Below, in pieces: positions 58,725-64,000 of a DNA stretch of 64,000 nt. Source of the DNA: Caecitellus pseudoparvulus (taxonomy: Eukaryota > Protista > Bigyra: Bicosoecida); NCBI GenBank assembly GCA_965644315.1, contig CBFFRQ010000068.1:1364001-1428000 (forward strand), in the 5' to 3' direction. Within the stretch, counting starts at the first letter, position 1, and every line of letters starts with the position of its first letter. The notes beneath the pieces are model-generated. The model was not told the DNA's origin. It saw nothing but the letters and a program-made list of their open reading frames with translations, and did no database searches. The translations under genes were made by a program, and so were the position numbers.

Positions 58725-61569
58725 ATGCAAGCCGCTTCACTTTCAGGGGAAGGGGCAACAGACATTCTTCCACTTCTTTACGTATTGTTGGCTTTCGGCT
58801 TCCTCACGACATGGGCTGTGTCGCAAAGGGTGGGTCCAGGGACGTTGTGTCTGCGGAAATCGGCTTGGAGTCATTCCCTGCCAATGCACACACGCAGATA
58901 TGGTCTTTGTTCTCTTTCACACCATCCGTACCCGGTGTTCTATGGGTGGCTACATTGTCTCTCGCAGCAATTGTATTCCATGGTGGCGATGGCTGCTCAC
59001 GTGGAACAGCATTGGGGAGGTCTTTCGCCCTGTACATGATGGTGAGTCTGGAAGCCAGCACGGCCATGTGCAGTTGCAGCACGGCACCAACCACACCCCA
59101 ACAATAGATCAACCCAAACTTGATTTTCCTGGCCTGTGTTCCCATCCTTCTGTACGAGACCACGTCTACAGTTGACATGTGGGCACTGCAGCATGTGCTG
59201 CACCCGGCCCTCCTCCTTGCTATCCCTGGCATGCTTCTAGGAGCCGCGGCCTTGGGACTAGTGGCATGGGCTTTGATGCCAACGCTGTCACTCATGCAGT
59301 CTCTTCTCCTTGGCAGTATTGTTGCAGCAGCTGACCCTGTGGCGGTCGTCTCAGTGCTTCGCGAGCTTCAAGCACGGAAGCGCTTGTCCAGTCTGCTCGA
59401 AGGGGAGGCATTGCTTAGCACCGGACCCGCCCACACTATGTTCGTGGCTCTGCTCCAGGTAATAACGAATGAGAGGGGGAGTACTGGAGGTGTAGCTGGC
59501 CAAGTCTTGCAGCTCTCTCTTGGAGGCGTCGCAGTCGGGCTGGTTGCTGCCCTTGCGACCAAGATGGCTCTGTCCAAGATCCACTGTCTGCCGGACGTCG
59601 AGGTACCGCTAGTCCTCGTCATGGTGTTCGCCATGTTCTATGTTGCTGAGCTTGGCTTGAGCGTGTCCGGAGTCCTTGCAGCTGTGACGTTCGGCCTTTG
59701 CTTGAGCGCGTCCCGCAAACTCCCTGCGAGCCACGCAGCGGAGGCAGTCCATCGACCCATTGTCCATTTTCTGGCCAGATGCTCCAACTTGCTTGTCTTT
59801 GCGCTTTCAGCTGTGGTTATGTGGTCGCACTTTGCTAAGGGAGGCGGAAAAAGCGCCGCCGAGTGGGCGGCTCTAGGTGGCTTGTACTTGGCATCACACG
59901 CTGTCCGCGCTGTCGTGATTGCTGCATGCTTTCCGTGCTTGAAGCGTGGGGAAAGTGGGATCACGTTGAGGGAGGGTATTGTGCTATCGTTTGCCGGGGT
60001 GCGAGGTGCAATGGCGTTGGTGCTCGCGCTCCTCGTGGCCAACAGACCTGGTGTTTCACCTCATGTGGCGCAATCTTTGACCTTTCATACATGTGGAATG
60101 GTAATCCTGTCACTTTCATCAATGGAACGTTTGCAGCGCCCATGTTCCGCTGGTTAGAGATATCTCCACCCCCCCGACATGGAGCCGAGATGACCAGGCG
60201 GTGCATGGATCTACTTGATGCTCACGTTCGACATGAGCCTGTCAGCGTAGGAAGGGGGAGCTTGGCCCGCCTGCACTTTGTCGGAGCAGACTATGCTTTT
60301 GCTTTGGAGTCGATATTACCTCATATTTTTTCTGCGCAGGTCAGCTGCAGGGGCACCCCAAGAACAGCAGACTTCCTTCACCTTGACTCCATAATGCTCA
60401 ACCGTTTCGGCTCAGCACCTCCCAGAAATCTCTCCGAAGACATTGACGTGGCGGTGCGCGTTCTAGAAACAAAGTTGATGAACACAGTGGAGTGTGAGGT
60501 GGCAAGCATGTCAGGTGTGGCGGATGCTGCATCCGTCCCACCCATGGTCGGGAAGGAAGGCATCCACCCGTGCCCGCCCCTATCCGCGGAAGAGTCGCCG
60601 GCCTGCACAGCGAAGGAGTACCTTGCATCCAGGCAGAAGATACTGACACTGAAGTCAGCTCTTGACCTTCCACATGCCAGCACGCCCACTGCAATGGCTG
60701 CTAAGTTGCTGCGCGCCGAAACCAGCTCGGCGTTTCAGCAGCGAGTGCTCATCGCAATGAAGCAGCACTTTGAGGCAATGTGCGAAGACTACATTATTGG
60801 AGAGGCAGCTGCCAGTGCGCTCGCTGATGCTACTGGCTATGTGGAAGACATCTTTGCTCGGGGCAAGGCTGCAAGGCCAGCCTCTCCGCCTATTCTCCAG
60901 GTTTGGGCAAGACTCAAGCAGCACACCCTCAAGAATGCGCGCGTGGAAGTTGCCCTCGAGAGCATCTTTGACAGGAACCATGATGACTACACACCAACTT
61001 GGAGCACAACGGTTACTGCTGTCATTGAGCGTGCCCGGTGTCTGCTCTGCGCAACGGTCCCGCGGCATCTTGCCCATGGAGCCACTTTCAACTCTGTGCG
61101 ATGCCGTCTCCAGTGCCTCCGGGCGTACTGCGACTTTTGCCTTTCATCGGAGATCCTGAATACCGCCCTCCATGTGGGAAACAGTGCGGATATTGCTTTG
61201 CTAGTCCGCCAATCGGGTCTGGAGGCCCTAGCAGAGCTGTCTACGCTCACCAGAGTTGCGCCAAGGGTCGTGCGTTGGGTGGATACGCTTGCATTTGCAA
61301 CCCACCAGTGCCGGTCGGCTCTAGCACACTTAAGAAAATGTGCTGAGCAAGGGCTTGTTGACTTGGGTTCCCTGGGCCTTGTCAGAGATGCTCTCGTTTG
61401 CTACATGAGGCGCATGGGAAGGTGCCATCCTCAGGAAGTTCCTCTCGCGATGAAGCACTGCCACTGCAGGAGCCGGAGCATTGCCCCAGAGGGAGCCCCC
61501 TGGCCCTTGGAGGCAACCAGCAGGAGTGCGGGCACTTGGTCGCACCGAAACTCTACTGACCTGCCATGA
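58725..61569 (+). CDS. SOS1/NHX7-like (CPA1) Na+/H+ exchanger homologue, interrupted by a frameshift at about 60114 (possible pseudogene or assembly error); introns 58830-58897 and 59042-59107
   Basis: INPNLIFLACVPILLYE, AADPVAVVSVL, LLEGEALL, VSGVLAAV, GVRGAMALVL, then a frame switch to FINGTFAAPMFRWL. Confidence 0.78.
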
Positions 61570-64000
61570 GCAGCACCACCAGCACCATTAAAGCACATGT
61601 GATCAGCAAGAGCGAAACGACCAACCACCTCAACGTACGCACCTCCATGAAGATGCTGGTGATCTGTGAACGCACCCTTGCAATTTCTCTGGATGAATCT
61701 GCACGCGAGTGCGTCACAGCTGTCAAAGTCTCTGTCAACTTGTGGAGAACAGTGGTGGCCGAGACCATGGGTGTACCGTTGGCGCTGACCACACTCCCCG
61801 TTCGAGGAAGCGTCGCGAGTGCCTTCGAGTCCAGCTTTGAATCAAAGTGGCCACTCTCTGAAGGCGCCTGGGTCCAGTCCGCCGTGTCCACAACATCTGA
61901 AAAGCCTCCTCGGCGAGAACCGTCTTCGCTGGTATGTGGCGGGTGCTGCTTGGGTGCAGCTTGTGCCGATGAATCATCGATAAGCCCACTGCCGCCTAGG
62001 TGACTTGAAGACTTCACTTGCAAGCGGACTGCCCTGCGCTTCCCGGGCACCGGGAAGCCGCTTGCCCCCACAGACGTGCTGCTAGACAGAGGCGGGCGAC
62101 CTGGTGCAGCCGAAGCCGGATTGCTACCCCCACCGTCAGCAGGGGAGCTGGGCTGCGTCAGCGGGCTACTGACATCTCCGGGGCCCTCCTCTCGCCCAGC
62201 CCGGTCCATCATCCTATGCACAGGTGACTTGTGATCGTCCGAGCTTTCCAATGCGCTGCTCAGGGTGCGCCCAGTGAGCAGCGAAGTCGCAGGGATGCCA
62301 CCTGACATCAAGTTCACTGCGGTTTGCACATCCAATGAGGCTGTCGCTGGGCGTGGTAGCTTGTGCTGGGACCCAAGGCGCACCATGGCGGGCGCTATGC
62401 TGGCTCCGCTGGCAGCCAAGGGGCTGGGTGGGCCGCTTTCCAGCACTTGGCTGCTGAGGGGTACCGGGCTGAGACCCACATGCCCACTATGAGAGTCGGC
62501 AGGGCCCCCAGAAATGTCACTACGGGAAACGACTGCACCCATCGCAAGGGGTGGGCGCTCAGGCAGAGCATCTCCACCGGACGTGTCCAGCGTGCTGCGG
62601 GATCTCAAGCGGTACTGAACCGTTCGCCTGCCGCGGGCTGTGACGGAGTAGTTCGGGTTTGTCAATGTGCTCTCGTCCAACTCTTCGTCGCCGGGAATAC
62701 CAAGCAGTGCTCCAGCCGCCGCCCTCTGCAAGCCCGACGCCGTGTCCGCAGGTTTTGGCAGCGAAGCACGTGTCATTATGCGAGCAAGCAACGGCATATC
62801 CTCATGCAGCTGCTGCCAGCGCTCAGCCAAGGCTTGGCGTGTGGCCTCGTCCACAATTAGCACTGAAGGCTGACTGCTGGCAGCCCCCAGCGAGGCAATG
62901 GTGGGTGCGTGCCCCTCCGGCTCGGGGCTCCTCGCGGACACACCCAAATCATCCTGGGTGCCAACAGATGACACATCTCCATAGTCTGAGCGCGGACTTG
63001 TCTTTTGGGAGCCAGACATCTCTGGAGAGCTCCGATCCATGGCAGCTGCAGCCGCCGCCGCCAGCCTGGCAGAGCCCGACACTGGGCGCTGGGCGTGCCG
63101 CCCAGGCAGGGAACCAGACGGAGTCGCAGATGCATCACTTGCAAGTGGGTTGCTTGCACCGTGACCTCCCAAACTCCGCGTGGCGGAGGGCAGCGAGGAG
63201 TCCGCATCCTCCACCTCACGGTCCAGACGGAGCATGTTGCGGCCCGCAGCACCTCCAATCGCCGACAGCACCGTTTGAGCGCGGTCCTTTTCTTCAGACA
63301 GACCGCCAAGGATATCCCTCCCACTAGCAGTCACAGTACCAGTCCTGCCCAAGGGGGGCGGGGCACCGCCCTCTCCGCCCGGCGTGCCAGCTGCAACTTT
63401 CGCAGCTGCCTCCGCAGCGGTCAGGCGCCGCAGAACCCTTCGCTGCAAGCGAGCGAGCGCGGCGCACTTCAAAAACTCCCGGCGCAGTGCTAGGCGAATG
63501 AGAGACTTGCGAATCATCCGCCTTGTTGCTTCAAAGTTTCCTGTTTCCAGGGTCTCGTTCAGGGACTGCTGGCTCAGCGTCATGACGTACAGGTACGTGA
63601 TACTGCGCACTGAATCAGTGCAACGGCCATTCGTGAGAATCCAAGTGTCCCCAAAGAACTGACCTGCACCAACCACTCGTGTCCGCACAATTGCCAGCCC
63701 GCGCTGGATGATGAACAAGTGTCGGTTGATGTAGCCCAGGCGAAGAATGGTCTCAAGGGGCGCGTACAGTCGGGGCTGCAGGACCACGGCAATGGAAGTG
63801 ATGAAGTCTTCCCGTTCATGCTTATTTGGAGCGTTAAAGTAAGGGATACTGTTGAGCCACTCTGCGTGCATGTGCAAGGCAACCTTCTGCCGCAGCGCGG
63901 GGGACAGGTGCGTGAGCAGTCCTTGGTAGTACTGCTGGCGGAAGAGACGCTTGAAAGCATCAAAGTAGGCCCGAATGATGAATCTCCCATCATCTGGATA
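61553..64000 (-). CDS. 3' part of a cyclic-nucleotide-binding-domain ion channel (C-linker plus CNBD, KCNH/HCN-like) with a long disordered tail and terminal hydrophobic helix; 5' part outside the window
   Basis: IRAYFD...LLTHLSPALRQKVALHMH...LNSIPYF C-linker; YAPLETIL, LFIIQRG, GQFFG, SVRSITY CNBD motifs. Confidence 0.8.
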   Translation of the reverse strand, partial: YPDDGRFIIRAYFDAFKRLFRQQYYQGLLTHLSPALRQKVALHMHAEWLNSIPYFNAPNKHEREDFITSIAVVLQPRLYAPLETILRLGYINRHLFIIQRGLAIVRTRVVGAGQFFGDTWILTNGRCTDSVRSITYLYVMTLSQQSLNETLETGNFEATRRMIRKSLIRLALRREFLKCAALARLQRRVLRRLTAAEAAAKVAAGTPGGEGGAPPPLGRTGTVTASGRDILGGLSEEKDRAQTVLSAIGGAAGRNMLRLDREVEDADSSLPSATRSLGGHGASNPLASDASATPSGSLPGRHAQRPVSGSARLAAAAAAAMDRSSPEMSGSQKTSPRSDYGDVSSVGTQDDLGVSARSPEPEGHAPTIASLGAASSQPSVLIVDEATRQALAERWQQLHEDMPLLARIMTRASLPKPADTASGLQRAAAGALLGIPGDEELDESTLTNPNYSVTARGRRTVQYRLRSRSTLDTSGGDALPERPPLAMGAVVSRSDISGGPADSHSGHVGLSPVPLSSQVLESGPPSPLAASGASIAPAMVRLGSQHKLPRPATASLDVQTAVNLMSGGIPATSLLTGRTLSSALESSDDHKSPVHRMMDRAGREEGPGDVSSPLTQPSSPADGGGSNPASAAPGRPPLSSSTSVGASGFPVPGKRRAVRLQVKSSSHLGGSGLIDDSSAQAAPKQHPPHTSEDGSRRGGFSDVVDTADWTQAPSESGHFDSKLDSKALATLPRTGSVVSANGTPMVSATTVLHKLTETLTAVTHSRADSSREIARVRSQITSIFMEVRTLRWLVVSLLLITCALMVLVVLLMAGQ

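Overview
This is gene-dense, GC-rich (roughly 60% by eye) eukaryotic nuclear DNA. It carries about 26 protein-coding genes with short (mostly 59-110 nt) GT-AG introns (donors mostly GTGCGT/GTGAGT) concentrated at gene 5' ends. Genes largely alternate in orientation, with head-to-head gaps of about 300-470 bp and convergent 3' ends that abut or overlap. The content suggests a compact heterotrophic, probably phagotrophic, protist, possibly a stramenopile (inference only). Recognisable genes: ZIP metal transporter, TIPIN/Swi3, TMEM128, NAGK, PRP4 kinase, Slo/BK-type K+ channel, COQ6, Raw/NDT-like protein, TBCA, mitochondrial ferredoxin, two PPR or PPR-like proteins, JmjC hydroxylase, myristoylated EF-hand protein, TPP1/sedolisin, DCTPP1, a frameshifted SOS1/NHX-like exchanger and the 3' part of a CNBD channel. 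Most notable observations: (1) a cytosolic zf-C2HC/FN3/TPR/WD40/LysM protein whose stop codon interlocks with NAGK; (2) a recurrent motif AATTTCCGC found only near gene starts; (3) a coding higher-order tandem repeat (37 x 66 bp plus 3 x 309 bp); (4) a ferredoxin needing a GC-AG intron and a probable 19-nt microexon; (5) several familiar proteins with altered key motifs or extra membrane anchors. I saw no rRNA, tRNA, CRISPR array or transposon. Exon models were assembled by eye and need RNA-seq confirmation.
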